The notes beneath the pieces were generated by a model. The model worked only from the letters and a program-made list of their open reading frames with translations, made no database searches and was not told where the DNA came from. Shown here one piece after another: positions 12,919 to 27,333 of a DNA stretch of 64,000 nucleotides (position 1 is its first letter; the number at the start of each line of letters is the position of its first letter). The position numbers and the translations under genes were made by a program. The stretch is from Eledone cirrhosa (taxonomy: Eukaryota): NCBI GenBank assembly GCA_964016885.1, contig OZ024740.1, positions 87,358,001 through 87,422,000 of the forward strand. Direction: 5' to 3'.

Positions 12919-14921
12919 CATCATCATCATCATCATGATCATCATCATCGTTTAATGTCCATGTTCCACGCTTGCATGGGTTTGGACGGGAGTTTTCCCA
13001 CTTGAGGCAAGAGTGGTTGTCTTGCGGGTTTTCTACAGCTGGATGCCCTTCCTAACACCAACCACATTTACAGTGTGGGACTGGGAGGTTTTTGCCATGT
13101 TGCCTACACGGCCACATTACAGCATGGACTGTGTTTTTTTTGTCGTGACACCTACACGATCTCATTTGTTTCGGCCTGGATGTTGTGGCACCAACATAAC
13201 TTTACATTGAAAGGGGCGGCGTGGATCGGGTGGGGGTGATGGGACAGGGGTGAATTTTGTTAGAGATGCCTACTGACTGTAGTAGGTTTTACTTTGTATT
13301 TAGGTAAGGCGGGTCTTCTCTATTACTGAGTACCGCCAAAGATCTCGGTCCAGTGACATTGTCTTGGAGAGGTGTAAGTGTGAGAGGTCGGAATTTATCA
13401 GGTCGTCCCAGGTTTTTCTGGGTCTGCCTACTCCGTGGCTACCGTCTATCTTTATTGCCCTGCACTTTTTTATACAGCTGTCGTCTTTCATGCGCATCAC
13501 GTGACCATACCAATGTAGCCTTCTCTCGAGTATACAACATCTGATCCTTCTTATTTCTAATTTTTCCCTTAGTTCATTTATGCTTTGCCGTTCACGTATA
13601 TTACTATTACACATCCAGCGGAGCATGGAAGCTTCGTTCCTCTCTAGTCTGCGTATATCCTCTGCACACAATGCCCAGGTCTCACTGCCATGCAACATTG
13701 CTGTTCGTATGCAGGCATCATACAACCTGCCTTTCATTTTTAGGGAGAACCCTTTAGCGGCTAATAGTGGTATAAGCTCTCTGAACTTTTTCCATCCAGT
13801 TCTGACTCTAGCTACTGTACTTTCAGAGCACCCTCCCCCACTGCTGATTTTGTCACCCAGGTAACGGAAGCTGTCCACTATTTCTATAGAACCCTCTGCG
13901 CAATTGAAAGAGCTAGTATTTTGTGGGCACTTGCTACTACTTATTGCACCAGAGCACCGGCCACATGTAAAATCTATGTTCTTATTTAGCTTACCTGTGA
14001 TCCCACTACATCTTTTATGTACCCATACTTTGCATTTGGGACATAAAATGGAGTTTCTACCTACGCCTTTCCTACACACTGAGCATGGCCATTTCCCGGA
14101 AGGGACCGGAGCCTTATTTTCTTTCCTACAAACTAGAACTTTAGTCTTAGCCAGGTTAATTTTAAGGCCTTTTGATTTTAGGCCGTGCTTCCATGTTTGG
14201 AATTTCTTCTCTAGCTCGGCCATTGATTCAGCTATGAACGTTAGACCATCTGCGTATAGGAGTTCCCATGGGCAGCCGGTCTTGAACTCCACTGTTATAG
14301 CCTGAAGGGCAATAATAGCTAAGAACAGAGCCCTGATGGACACCAACTTTTACGCTAAACTCTTCACTATATTCGTTGTTAATTCTAACCTTGCTGACTG
14401 TTTCTTTATACATGGCTTGTATAGCTCTCAGAAGCCATTCATCAACACCTAGTTTTCTAAGAGCCCACCAGATAATGGAACGGGGGATTCTGTTGAAGGC
14501 TTTCTCCAAGTCGACAAAAGCTAAGTATAGGGGTTTACTTTTAGCTAGGTACTTCTCCTGTAGTTATCGTACAATGAAAAGAGCGTCTGTGGTACTTTTG
14601 CCTGACACAAACCCGAACTGCATTTCATCTAGATCAATTCTCTCTCTGATTAGTTGCGCTATTACTTTTTCCATGACCTTCATGACCTGGTCGATTAATT
14701 TAATGCCTCTATAATTACTCCTATCTAGGGCGTCTCATTTACCCTTGTAGCAGTTAATGCTGCTACGCCAGTCCTTCGGAACAACCCCATTCTGTATGAC
14801 TTGGTTTACTATCCGGGTGACCATGGTGTGTCCCACTGTTCCAGAGGCTTTCAGCATCTCAGCAACTATTTCCGAAGGCCCAGCCGCCTTACCTGTCTTC
14901 ATATATATATGTATATGATGA
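12919..14921 (-). mobile_element. RTE-clade LINE, 5'-truncated, disrupted RT ORF
   Basis: KAAGPSEI, DLEKAFNRIPR, GVHQGSVLS, LYADG (YADD mutated), YLG, LHGSETW, RLHWYGHVMRM, GRPRKTW; (TGA)n 3' tail; frameshifts. Confidence 0.95.
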
Positions 14922-15779
14922 ACTTTCCCATTGACTTCGAGGTATGGGTGTTTAACTGTCATCTCAGTTCACTTTTTATGGTAATGCCTTAAATGACACT
15001 TTAGTCACTTTACTGATGATTTACACATCAAGGATTTTGAGAGGAGCAGCATATATGATTTTATTGAATCTTGGTGTTAGATCTTAGATCACATAAACAA
15101 GACCTTTCAAAATTTTTTACACCTTCATAGTACACAGTTCACCATTTTCTACAGTCAGCAGCTAGGGTTTCAAAAGATATAAGAGGTACAATAAGATTGT
15201 ACTTCAGTTTGTCTTTATATCTAAGTAATGGCTGCCTACATTAGATGCACCATCATGAAATTGACTGTACCTTGGCTGTGCAATCCTCAGTCATCCATAG
15301 GACATGACCTGCCCATCTAAGTTGCGATTGCATCAGAAATTATTCTATCACACATGATCTATTGAAGACTGTCACAAAGTGCATAACCATACATACAGTT
15401 AAGAGAATGGTTGTGAAACACATCAAGCTTATAAATATGCGTGTGATAAAATGTCCATAGCTCCAGCCATAGAAGAGTATTGCCAGTACCAATGCATGAT
15501 AAAATGCAACTTTTCTTTTTAGGGATATAACTGTAAGAACATTGCTCAGTTAAGTACTAAAATTTGAGAAAGTAGAGTGTAGGTATTGTAAAGATTTAGT
15601 GCCTGACAGCTGAACTCTTGGCGTTTCAGTGGTAATTGGTTTATTCATTCGCAGTTGAAATAGCAAGAGTTCTGCCATTGGGCACTAACTCTTTACGATA
15701 AATTGATATAAATATATATATATATAAAATCACTACACGTTTAAATCCTGAATTCCAACCTAATATCTCCACTAAATCC

Positions 15780-16170
15780 ACCGAGTGTTTTATACTAAAG
15801 AGTCTATTTGATCTTCTTTCTTTACAAACAACTTCAAGTCATCCATAAAAAGAAGCTGATTTACCTTATGCTGCTTACATACAGTAATATATCCATTCCT
15901 CACTAGCAGCATTAAAGTATCACGCATATCACAAAAAGCAAAGGTTCCTTTATTGATTTTAATACTTCCTACTTCTTCACCAGAATAACTTAATTTTGTT
16001 TTCCATTTACTCATACTCTTTACAATCAACTTTTGTACATTCACAATTATTATATTTCCCTAACATCTATATGTATTCCATTTTATAGATGTGAGGAATC
16101 ATGTCATAGGCCATTTTATAATTGATTCATGTTATTGCAAGAAATATATGTTGTTTCTTGCAATCTCATA
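15780..16170 (-). mobile_element. R4/Dong-type non-LTR RT relic
   Basis: INYKMAYDMIPH and NQLLFMDDLKLF motifs. Confidence 0.7.
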
Positions 16171-16209
16171 ATATTAATTTGTATATTATTATTATTATTA
16201 TCATTATAA

Positions 16210-16905
16210 AGGGTGGTGGATTGGCAGTATCAGTAGAGCATCAGACAGCATGATTCAAGGTATATAGTAGCAGCCCTTTATGGCCTGAGTTCAAATCCTG
16301 CATAGGTTAGCTTCACCTTTTATCCTTATGAGAGTTGATAAAATAAAACACCAGTAATACACTCGGGTCGATTTAATCGATTTTCCTCTCCCCAAAAAAT
16401 TGTTGGCCTTGTGCCTAAATCAGAAAACATTGTCTTTTAGGGCGATGGATTGGCAGTATGATAGAGCGTTGGACAACATGCTTCGCAGCATAGAGTTTCA
16501 ATCCTGCCACGGTTAGCTTTGCCTTTCATCCTTATGGAGTCGATAAATAAAGCACCAGTAATGCACTGGACTCAATTTAATCGATTTTCCCTTCATCAAA
16601 AATTGCTGGCCTTGTGCTTAAAGTAGAAACAATTATTACTATTGTTTGCCTTTGCTTTTGTTTGTAGGAACAGTCCACAAGTCTCAACCAAAGCAACAGC
16701 AAGCCCATCAGTGCTATATGGTCATATACCATGTAGTTAGTAATGTTATTAAAATAATTGTTTCTACTTTTGGCACAAGGCCAGCAATACCCAGTACATT
16801 ACTGGTACTTTATTTTATCGACCCTGTAAGGATGAAAGGTAAAGTTAACCTCGACGGTAAAGGGATGTAACTATGCTAGAAGTATGGCGTCCAACCCTCT
16901 AGGCT
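16210..16905. mobile_element. Cluster of three SINE family A copies (16210-16430 +, 16438-16635 +, 16753-16905 -)
   Basis: tRNA-like head (TGGCAGTATC.GTAGAG...GAGTTCAAATCC), conserved GCCTTTCATCC...GTCGATAAA...ACCAG central domain (resembles Meta/MESC-type), GGCCTTGTGCC tail. Confidence 0.85.
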
Positions 16906-16959
16906 GTGAGTGTGTGTATGTTTAAGTGCATGTATATTTGTATGTATAATATTTATCTC

Positions 16960-18730
16960 AACATGGAGAGAAACTTGCGCAAAATATGTAAAGTTTCCAT
17001 GCAAATGTTTGTTTTTGCAACACACTGATTTTAGGGTAGTCAGAAATTTGTGTTATTTAATTGTTTGCACCCTTAAATATAAGTGCCTCAATTACTACCG
17101 GTAATTTAACTGTTTTGAGATACCAAATTCCTATTTCAAGATCCTTGTATTTACTGAGTTTCACAAATGTTTTTAAAGAAGTGATTTTGTCAGTGGGGAA
17201 CGTGATATCGATAAGAACACAAGATTTTTCAACAAAACTTTTAACAATTGGTTAGAATTTCTCTGATTGAATACTGAAATTCCAGATGTTTGAGACTTTT
17301 GTACCTTGAGTAACTAGTAGAGGTTTATGCTCCCACCAATTCTCTTGAAGTGGAAGATTAAATGTGTGGCTTATCACCCGGTCCATGTACTGAGCTTCTC
17401 TATCATGCTGTTGCAAGTACTCATTCGGTGCCAATTGGCTGCATCTGGAGATAATGGGATCTCCAGTTTTTCTTGGCATACATGATACAAGGGGGCCATC
17501 ATTTATAAAAATGAGACACTTATAGTTTGTTGTGGGAAGGCACTGATCTAGAGCAGCATTAATATATCCTCGCTAAAGGCCAAAGCTTGCCAGCAACGGG
17601 CTTTTGTGCCCATTTTCCCCTAGTATATTGCAGGCTGATTTATTTTACCTTGTTATTTATTTGCTAAGTCATTTTAGTAGGGGGTAACATGTTCATCGGT
17701 GTCTTCTGGCCCTACTAATTTGCACACACACTAATTGCACTTCTTGAAGTTACTTTATTCGTACCCTTTGTAGCTTTTTGGTCCCTTTATGTTTTAATAC
17801 CAATATTAATATCTAATACTTTTAAAAAAAGTCCTATGGTAGCAGTCTTAAGTAAGGGTTGAAGCTGTATCAACCCATGGCCACTTCTTTTTTCAGGAGA
17901 GCTACAATCAATATACATCTACTTTTGAGTGATGCATTCGATGCAATGTTAGTAGCTTTCAGATTTTGACATTAGATTACTAATTTCTTGTAGTGACCAG
18001 TTAATAATGTTGAAGCTTATGTAATTATAGGTATGGCTAGTGTATTAGTGACCGCTATTTTGTTTCTGGTATTTAATTAATTCTTCAGAATGGCTCTAAC
18101 TCTTTAAGAATATTCTTTTTCTATTTTTTCTCATTAGTAAATGTTTAATTCCGTCTCCCTTGATATCCTTATCTAATGTGATAAATGTAGCCATCATACC
18201 TGTATCAAGCCTAAATTCCATTTTGATGTCATCACTGAATGGTTTTACAGCCTGAAGCCCTTGTAGTCCATACTTATAAAAACAATATTATTTTTATTCT
18301 TATCACTACTTGAAACTTCCTTTGAATTCTGCTTCTTTCCCATATCTTGTAAAGTGTCAACCTGACATCTGAGGCAAAATTTGATAATACACACATTTTG
18401 CAATCAATTGCCATACGAATGATGCCATAAGGGCATAAACCACAGTAAATGTCTTTGCAAGGTATTTAAATTGATAATGTCCTTTTCAGGACAGGGACAG
18501 TGTCAGTCAGCGCTATTTCTGTATCTTTTGCAGAGATGGCTTTCCAGGTATCTGGGTCAAGTATTTTTCAGTTTCCTTTTTTATCATTCCAAGAGCACTG
18601 ACTATTACTGGTATTGTACAGGCTTTAAGATGCCACATTTTCTCAATTTCAATTGTCAGATTTTTATATTTACTAAGCTTTCAGAACTCTTTCAAAGAGA
18701 TGTTACGATCTGATGGGATACTCATGTCAA
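16960..18730 (-). mobile_element. Fragmented R4/Dong-type (REL endonuclease) non-LTR relic
   Basis: IISRCSQLAPNEYLQQHD...WWEHKP...IWNFSI (zinc-knuckle/REL region), EIEKMWHLK...IPVIVSALGMIKK, and FSDDIKMEFRLD; pieces are out of order. Confidence 0.7.
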
Positions 18731-20339
18731 TTAAGGATTACAGTTTATTATTATTTTTATTACAGAGTCGATAAAATAAAGTACCAGTAATGTACTGGTT
18801 AATTGCTGGCTTTGCCAAAAGTAGAAACAATTATTATTTTTATTACCATGTGTATTCAGATTTTTAGAATAGGTGTATCATATCCTGGTGTGTCATAAGA
18901 GACAACTAAAAGACAACTTGTTGAGTTACAATATTTAATGCCAAAAGGTGAACTTAGCCATTTGAATAACAGTGGTCAATAAAAATAGTGCCAGTTGATT
19001 GAATCAACTAAAACTCATGAAGGAGATGCATCAGAAACAGTCCAAAAATTGAAACCAGACAGGGAGACTAATAAACAGACAGAGAGAAACGGAAAGACAC
19101 AGAGACAGACAGAAAGGCATGGAGAGAGGCAGAAAGGCTGCAGGGCTGAGAGACAGGCACACAGTTAGGTGCAGGGGAGAGGGAGAAACAGAAAGAGATG
19201 AAAAGGAGAGGACAGAGAGACAAACAGAGTGAGACAAACAGAGTGAGACAGTCAGTGAGAGATTAGTTGATATAACAGGCAGTTTATACCTGCAGTTTAT
19301 ATGATGCACTTAATGAATATATAATTTCACCTTCCTTCCTTCATTACAAATTTAAAAAGGTTGGTACTAATTCAAATGCCCCTTTTTTCATATGCAGAAA
19401 CAGTTATATTGAAATATTACTCTAACAATAATTACTAAAGGATGTAAAAGGATGTAAAATTGGCAAATTGAAGATTGAGAAAAAAATGAAAAAAAAAAAC
19501 ACTTGTGAAGACAATAGATTTTGCTTTTAAACACTCATAAAAATTGTTGGAGTAAATTGGACTTGAAGCTAACTGGACTAAATTGATGCTAGTATTTTTC
19601 CCCAAAGCCAAGCACATTAACTATTCAACTAGAATGACATCATCCATGGTATTTTATTGAACCCAATGCCAATATATTCTGCAAGCTCGCAGGATATTTA
19701 TATCATACATCCAAAAGAAATATTTATATCACTTTTGCATCGTTTCCAACACTTCCCCCCCCCCCCCACACACACACACATTTTTGTTGTTTATTTAATT
19801 TTTTATTTAATATTTTGTTGTTGTGAGTATGGTTAATTTGAAAACAAAACAGGTTGTTTAAAAAATAAAAATACTTCAATCTAATAATACAGTAACTTAA
19901 ACTGTCATATTTTTGATAGCTTAAAAAATATATTTTTTAAGCATGTATTGTTGATGCTAAAATATCCACTTCAAATACAGCAGCTTTCTTCTTTCTTTTT
20001 CTTTAATTAAAAAGATTTTCTTTCTAGATTTCCAACTGACCTGTTTTTTTTTATGTTATTTTTTACCTCTTAACATAACAAAAATATGTTTATGCAAAAC
20101 TGATAGATTCTCAGCTCATCTGTAAAATATACAGATTTATAATTTCTTTTTTCTTTTTATAACTGTATTAAAAGATTTTAGTTGAAAAATAAATTTGCAA
20201 GAATACATTGTGGTACAAATTGTAACAACACTGAGCATGCTAGAATTTTTGTCTTCAATGAAATTACTTCTCATTATATTTATCTAGATAGATGACTTGC
20301 ACTGCTATAACAGTTTATTGTTATAAGCTCCTGCCAGCC

Positions 20340-21850
20340 ACTTCTCCTTGTCTCCTCCAATAAAGACGTGATAGCTGCCCTGAGAGACATCCCAGGTAGC
20401 AACAATGGCAAAGTGAATGACTTGTGACCAGGTCACCTCAGGGACCTAATTTTGCCATGCTCTGCTGAGGCTGGAATATGTCGGCTTCAGTGGATTACCG
20501 CCCACCCCGTTATGCCAGCAATCATTTCTTCTGAACAAACCTAATTGCATAAAAAAATGATGACAGAGGTATGTGGCTAAATGCTGTGGGTAACACCTCT
20601 CAACAGTTTGCAGCCAAGATAGACTGCAAGTCAGTTGGAGAGGAGGGGGTGGGGGCTACAGCTACAAACTATGGCTTGTCCAGCTTGGAGTAGGGGTTAA
20701 ATGTGGATGTGAGGCAACTGCTCATGTAGCCAAACATTTCCTTATACATACACCCCTATTATCACCTCATGTGCTAGTTGAGTTGGACATGTAAAGAGCC
20801 TTTGACAGCAATAAACATGACCATATCATTAAAATGTGTCAGAGTCTGGCCCACTCAATACTCTCTCTGGTGCATCCCTCTTACAGAACATCCAACAAGG
20901 TAACCTACTGAGTTCACTCCTCTTTGAATTGGTTGTCAATATTATTAACTAAATTCATTCAATATTCAATGTCAATTACCTGGACAACTCAACACTGGGT
21001 GTTGCAATGTAGGTTTTAACAACACTGGCTGACAACAGGTCAAACTTCCCATGAGGTTCAGTGGCCTTCACCTCTGCTCAACATTCAATCTTGCATTTTT
21101 AGCCTGCCGTTCATCCAACATCTGCTACACATCTCTGCAACACATCAGAACCTAATGTGGACTGGGAATTGAAGACAGCTTTGGTTGTTTGGGCTGAAGA
21201 TGTCTCACAATGTCACCCAGTATGCACAATACCAATGTACCTGCCAAATAGCAGTGAGTGGCTCAATTCAGTGTCGTCTTCATTAACCAATATCCTTTTT
21301 GATGATGACTGCTCCTGCATCAGAGTCGTCCTGCCTTCTAACCTCTACATGTGTGAGCCACAAAGGCCATTATGGAGCCATCGTCAATGAGTTCTGGCTA
21401 CAATACAAGTGGAATTCCCTGCTCACACAACATTCAACAACTCCATCAAAAGGAACATTGATGTGGACAGTTTCCCATTGTGATTCAAGCCTATTAGCTT
21501 TGACAGTAAGTACTCAGTTAGGATAATCCTTTTACTGTTTGGGTGGGGTAAATCATTAATCTGGGATGCCACATGTTGCAACAAATTTTCTGGTTGCTCT
21601 GACTATAAATCAAGTGCTGCCACCTGCAATGTAGAGGAACCAAAGTTATCCAAATGGTGGGAGTTGAGCAACTGCTTCTTTTTCAGGCCAGATACCATTG
21701 AGACATGAAGTCGTTTTTTTGTCCACAGACTGCCATTTTCAGCTGCAAACTTGGCAGCAGTGAATTCCACCTGTGAAAGGAGCCATATGAAAGGTATGGC
21801 TGTTGCAGCAGGTGTCAATGGGCAGATCTCTACATCAATGCTTTTACCAT
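20340..21850 (-). mobile_element. Old GC-richer repeat relic, probably a non-LTR element
   Basis: Composition shift and weak ARL..YGH-like motif; heavily decayed. Confidence 0.3.
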
Positions 21851-22576
21851 CATGTCAGTAGGATGTAGATAAGATATACCACACACCCAAGGATGTAGAG
21901 CATATACCCCCAACACATCTTTGCATTATTTAAATGTTTTATTTACCCCACCCCCTCCTCTTTTTCTCTTTGCCTGTTTATTATTTTAATCAATTTTTTT
22001 AATGCTTTCATCAGTGTATACTTCTGATCAGCAATAAATTCACATTGGTTTCTTTTAAAAAATATCATATAGTAGTTTTTTGTTAATCAGTTAAGACCAT
22101 TAGTGCTGTGCTATGCACTGGATAGAATTTATGGACAGCTGGAAGCTATTTAATGGGTGTAAACAGTATGATAATGTTTCCAATAGAGGTTGCAGTTCAC
22201 ATATATAAAATGCATACATATAATAGTACGACAGATTTAATTTATTTTACAATTATTTTAAACTTTAACTTTTCTTGTTTACAAAACTTTGAAAACACTA
22301 TTTTGTTATATTTTATAAGAATATATACTAATATGTTGGAAATACTATTTACTATTTTACTGGTTCCAGTTATTTGACTGCTGCCATGCTAAAACACCTT
22401 GAACGCTATAGTTGATCATATTGGCACTGGTACTTAAGTCAGGTATTCATTACATTCATCTCTATTTCTTGGACAACTACGTTATATATGCTAGCAGTTA
22501 AGTACAGACATGGATAGGCACACACACACACATGAAATTTGAAACCTGGTCATCCCAATATAAATGACTATAGTAA

Positions 22577-22952
22577 TTATTTCTATTATTGGCACAAGGC
22601 CAGCAATTACCCCAGTGCATTACTGGTGCTTTATTTTATCGTCCCCCGTAACGATGAAAGTCAAAGTTAACTTTGGTGGGATTTGAACTCAGATCATAAA
22701 GGGCCATAACTCTATAAATGAACACTATAAATAATGGTTTCTTATATAGGCACAAGGCCAGCAATTTTGGGGGAGGGGAAAATCGATTAAATCGACTCCA
22801 GTACGTTACTGGTGCTTTATTTTATGGAGCCCTTAAGTATGAAAGTCAAAGTTAACCTCAGCAGCATTTGAACTCAGACCATAAAGGACCACAACTCTCT
22901 GCTGCAAAGCATGGTGTCCGACTCTCTACCGATACTGCCAATCCACTGCCCT
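22577..22952 (-). mobile_element. Two tandem SINE family A copies
   Basis: Family A domains; the second copy is flanked by the duplication ATGAACACTAT(A/G)AATAATG (22718-22736, 22953-22971). Confidence 0.85.
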
Positions 22953-23018
22953 GATGAACACTATGAATAATGAGAAAATTGTGTAAAGTATGCCTGGAAA
23001 CAGAAAAATGTGGACATA

Positions 23019-23092
23019 GGTGCCAGCAGGGAATTGAACTCTGCACCTCTAAGATGCCAGGTAAGTGTGTTAACCATTAGACTAAATGGGCC
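23019..23092 (-). other. Degenerate tRNA-like sequence (pseudo-tRNA or SINE head)
   Basis: Minus strand TAGTCTAATGGTTA (A-box-like) and GAGTTCAATTCC (B-box-like). Confidence 0.4.
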
Positions 23093-23570
23093 CTAGTTGA
23101 CAAATGTCGATCTTTAGAAGATTTTAAGAATGTATCTAGAAGTGTGAACATCTGGTTGACCTCAGAAACATTGGAAAACTTAAATATATGTTTTCATTTA
23201 TCTTGTTTTCCATTGGCTTCTCTTTGTCAATTATTCTAATTTTATTATTATTAATCTGTGACAAACATGTTCATTCTTCTTCCCACAATAATTTCAATGG
23301 ATTACATTTTTTTTAACATGAATGGGCATGCTTTTTCCAGGTAAATGACATGGAGTTACATCATTGCTATTGAACAGTTTGCACATCAAAAAATTTTATT
23401 TCGCAATCTGAAACGATCGTACCACAATGGCTTATTTAAGTACTATATCTTGCCTTATATTTTTCATTGTTCAACATCATATATTTTAGTTCTAACAATA
23501 TTTGACGATACCTTATTATTTTCAACCACATTATTTTTGTTTACAACTGTTATTTATTGTTTACAACTGT

Positions 23571-23742
23571 CATTTTACCTGAGATCTTCAGTGATCATTT
23601 TACCTGAGATCTTCAGTGATCATTTTACCTGAGATCTTCAGTGATCATTTTACCTGAGATCTTCAGTGATCACTTTACCTGAGATCTTCAGTGATCACTT
23701 TACCTGAGATCTTCAGTGATCACTTTACCTGAAATCTTCAGT
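23571..23742. repeat. 25-bp minisatellite x7 (CA[T/C]TTTACCTGAGATCTTCAGTGAT)
   Basis: Units start at 23571, 23596, 23621, 23646, 23671, 23696 and 23721; no spacers. Confidence 0.97.
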
Positions 23743-26250
23743 AAGGCACTGCTGTTTTTTTTTATTTTTTATTATTAAGTTCAAATATTCAATAGCTATT
23801 TTTTCAGTTGTAATTAATGAATATCCTTTTTTTTCAGTAATTTTTGTGCAAACATCTAGAATTAAGGATTATATACTTAGCAGGGAATCTGGATTCAAAG
23901 GATAAGAGCATGAAATGTACTTGTCACAACTACTACAACATATGAAAACCAAATCTAATATTTCAATAAATTGCTTGTAGCAATGATCTTGAAAACCTGT
24001 TTCATCTTGACACATTTGCCACATGAATATGAGAAACATATGTTCCCTATAATAATTTACAAGCTGAAAATATTCAAACTGATACATAGAAGAAAAATGT
24101 GCATGTGTGTGTGTGTGCATGTGTGCGCCGCACACGTGTTTGGAAAGCCATGTACACATATATAGCTGAAAAGAGAATAAAAGGACTGCTTACATTTTAT
24201 TATGAGCTTTTCTTTATGTATACATGTAAAGCATATATACCATTATACTATTTTAATTAGTGGATCTAATATTTTCTTTCGCCTATAACAAAGAAAACCT
24301 AATTCATCAATACTAGATAAAAGAAGATATTTTTAAAATCTATAAAAAAAAATTGTCTATCAATATTCATCAAGATTAATGTTGTTTTAATTGAAACTGA
24401 GGTAGCTGATGAAACCAAAAACTCAAAGAATAAAACCAAAACATTATCAATTAATTCTCATTTCTTCAGATATGAAGGTCAATTAATCGTAATGCCTTTG
24501 TTCCCATCAACCAATAAACTATATAGAAAGCAATTTCCTTATAAATTTAAAGGATAAGAATAATATTAAATGTTTGTAAACTCTGCATCAGCATTAAACC
24601 AAACATGTACACAAATCTATTTAATGGAAGAGGCATCAATTAATCAATACAATCTGTGAAATTGACCCTGGAATATGTCTTCTAAAAATAAATGGTCTAT
24701 AAAGGAAATTGTTTTCTTCATTCTATCTACTATAGAAATCACAACTCTTAATGCTATCATATCGTCATTTTAATTAGATTGTATTTCAGGAAAACATTAC
24801 CAATTTAGAAATGTGACACAGAATAATATTAAAATCAAACTAGCAATAACTGATCTAACATAATTGTAAAATAACTTTAATGAGTTTTCTTTTACAGGGG
24901 GACATGAATTGGTAACATATAGATCTGATTGATCCCACTAAACTACTTACATTACATTATTCTCATAAGTGTGAGGAAATATGTTATGTCTAATGAAACA
25001 TCTGCCACAAGAACATAACTTCACAAAATTGCTATATTGCAAAAATAAAGAACTAGAGTTTGAAAAGTTTTATAGAACATTAAATCAATTTCAATAGCAT
25101 TATTGGGTTTCATATCAGAAAGCACTAACTGAACACTGACATTATTATCAAATGTATCTTTCCTTTTCTAAGATAGTAAAAATTGATTTCAAGATGTGGC
25201 TGCTATTTCGATATGGGTCGCCTTGTAGAGGTTCTTTCATCAGCTTGTATCATAAATTTTAATATTGATCCGGGGAATTCAAAAATTGTTTGGATACATA
25301 TAAAACCTTAAATTTCTTTTGAACTAATTTATTTCTGAAGAAAATAAGATTTCTCATCAGGTAGGAAACATTTTCATCAAAGTTTATTTGCAATAAAATG
25401 TACAGAAATTTTAAATTATAGAATTTTCAAAATTTACAGACAAGAAACCAACGAAGATAATTTTATGTTGTGAAGTTAAAGAGAAAAAATACATTCACTT
25501 AAAGAACAAATGACAGAAAAACATATAAAATATACAATGAAAATTACACTTTGAAAAAGTTTGCTTATATGATGAAAGTGTTGGTTTGAAAGCGTTTTGA
25601 ATATATGATCAAAGAATGATTATTTATATATATATGAGGGAGGGGGGTGCAAAGATTGTCTGAGCCAATTGAAGCTTTTCCTCACTTACCGTATTCAGAT
25701 TGTAAGGTTCTACATTTATGTAATACACTTCATGCAGAGCACATGACATACACATTTGATGCCTCTACTCTCTGTTAACACATAATCAGTATATAATTCC
25801 TTTTCTCTTCCCTCTATATAATTGACCATATTCTAGTCTGGTTATTCATTACTTTCACCAAGTCAGGATAAAGACAAGGTTTACTCCTACTCTATCATTT
25901 TGAAAGGATTTTTAAAATTTAGATCATTTCAAACTGTTGTGGTGTTCTCAACCTGCTTACCATAATGAGAACCACCCTCTTCCAGGAAGTTTTGGTCTTG
26001 AAATAGCAAAGATAGTCTCGATTGAATTATTTTTCCCATGTGCCATATTTAGAATACAAGACACCTTGTGTGTGTATGTATGCATGATTATAAAGAAAAT
26101 GAAACTTCTGTCATCCCTTGTATAATCATTCATCCTTTGATTCTTAGGAATGTTTTAAAGAGTGGAATTGGCTGCGTGCAAAGCCTTTTCTCACTTGGAA
26201 AAGCTTCAAGCACAGGTATTGCTTGATATGTGACATTATTGCTGAGCATA

Positions 26251-26432
26251 TGGATTGGCAGTATCGGTAGAGGGTCGGACGCCATGCTTTGACGCATAGA
26301 GTTACGGCCCTTGCCATTCTGAGTTCAAATCCCGCCGAGGTTAACTTTGCCTTTCATCCTTACGGGGTTGATAAAATAAAGTACCAGTAATGCACTGGGA
26401 TAATTGCTGGCCTTGTGCCAAAAGTAGAAACA
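26251..26432 (+). mobile_element. SINE family A with 16-bp TSD, inside an RTE zinc-finger relic
   Basis: TSD ATTATTGCTGAGCATA at 26235-26250 and 26433-26448. Flanks resemble the 2428-3032 element (KSLAGLKNHI, GCAGCCATCATCAT). Confidence 0.9.
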
Positions 26433-27333
26433 ATTATTGCTGAGCATAGGCAAGTCCCTAGCAGGACTAAAAAACCACATCTTTGATGCTCATGCTTATG
26501 TATCAAATGATGGCATAACATGAAATTGAGTTGCAGCCATCATCATGTATGTATGTGCATATGCATGTATACTGCAAAAGTAAAACAGATTATTCAATAT
26601 ACTTAAAAGTTCCAGTCATGTTGACTGATGAATTTAAGAAAGCTGCGTTCTCAAGTGACTTAATAGGAAACTTCATAAAAGAATATAAAATTGTATTTAT
26701 ATTCTAATATGGCTTCTTTATTGTTTTAGATATAATGCAAAATGCTTAAAAATATCAAAATTTGGTGATATTTCCACAAAATGAAATCCAATTGGTGATA
26801 ACATGGAATATACCAATAAAATAAGAAACTATCTGGATGTACTTTTACACCATAATCATTATTAGTTTTCAACCATAGCTATTGGTTTATTCCTAAATGT
26901 TCAAGATAGCCACCTTTTATTGAACAAATTTTGATTTAAAAAATATACATTCATTGTATTCTTAAAGGAATACCATCAATCATTATAGGACAACTATTTG
27001 GCAAGTATTTTAATCTAAATGGTACAACTGTACTTTAGCAACACTGATTTTAAAATGTATGTGCAAAATGTTATGCCTTGCTCACCGAAAATATGTCAAT
27101 GTGACTGTTTGTTTTTTTTAATATTGCCTTTAAAAAAACTTAAGAATTAAAGCTACATAACCCCATAACCATTCCAAAACTTCTATATTATTGATTTCTA
27201 TGGCTTAAGCAGAAGACCATCTTTTACATAATAACAATATAGTTGAGTTTCTTAGGTCATAATATATTACTGTTAACTATTTTGTGTTTCATGGGGTGAT
27301 TTGAACTTAATCTATAAAACAAAAATATATTAC

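Noticed and set aside
13353-14992. Plus-strand ORFs of 63-133 aa (also 29337-30458 and 49682-50306)
   Set aside because: Antisense shadows of the RTE reverse-transcriptase frame.
23571-23742. CRISPR-like array
   Set aside because: Contiguous units without unique spacers, eukaryotic context, and no cas genes.
25185-25246. Minus-strand CTGATGA...CGAAA resembling a hammerhead ribozyme core
   Set aside because: I could not form stems I-III; it looks like a degenerate repeat fragment.
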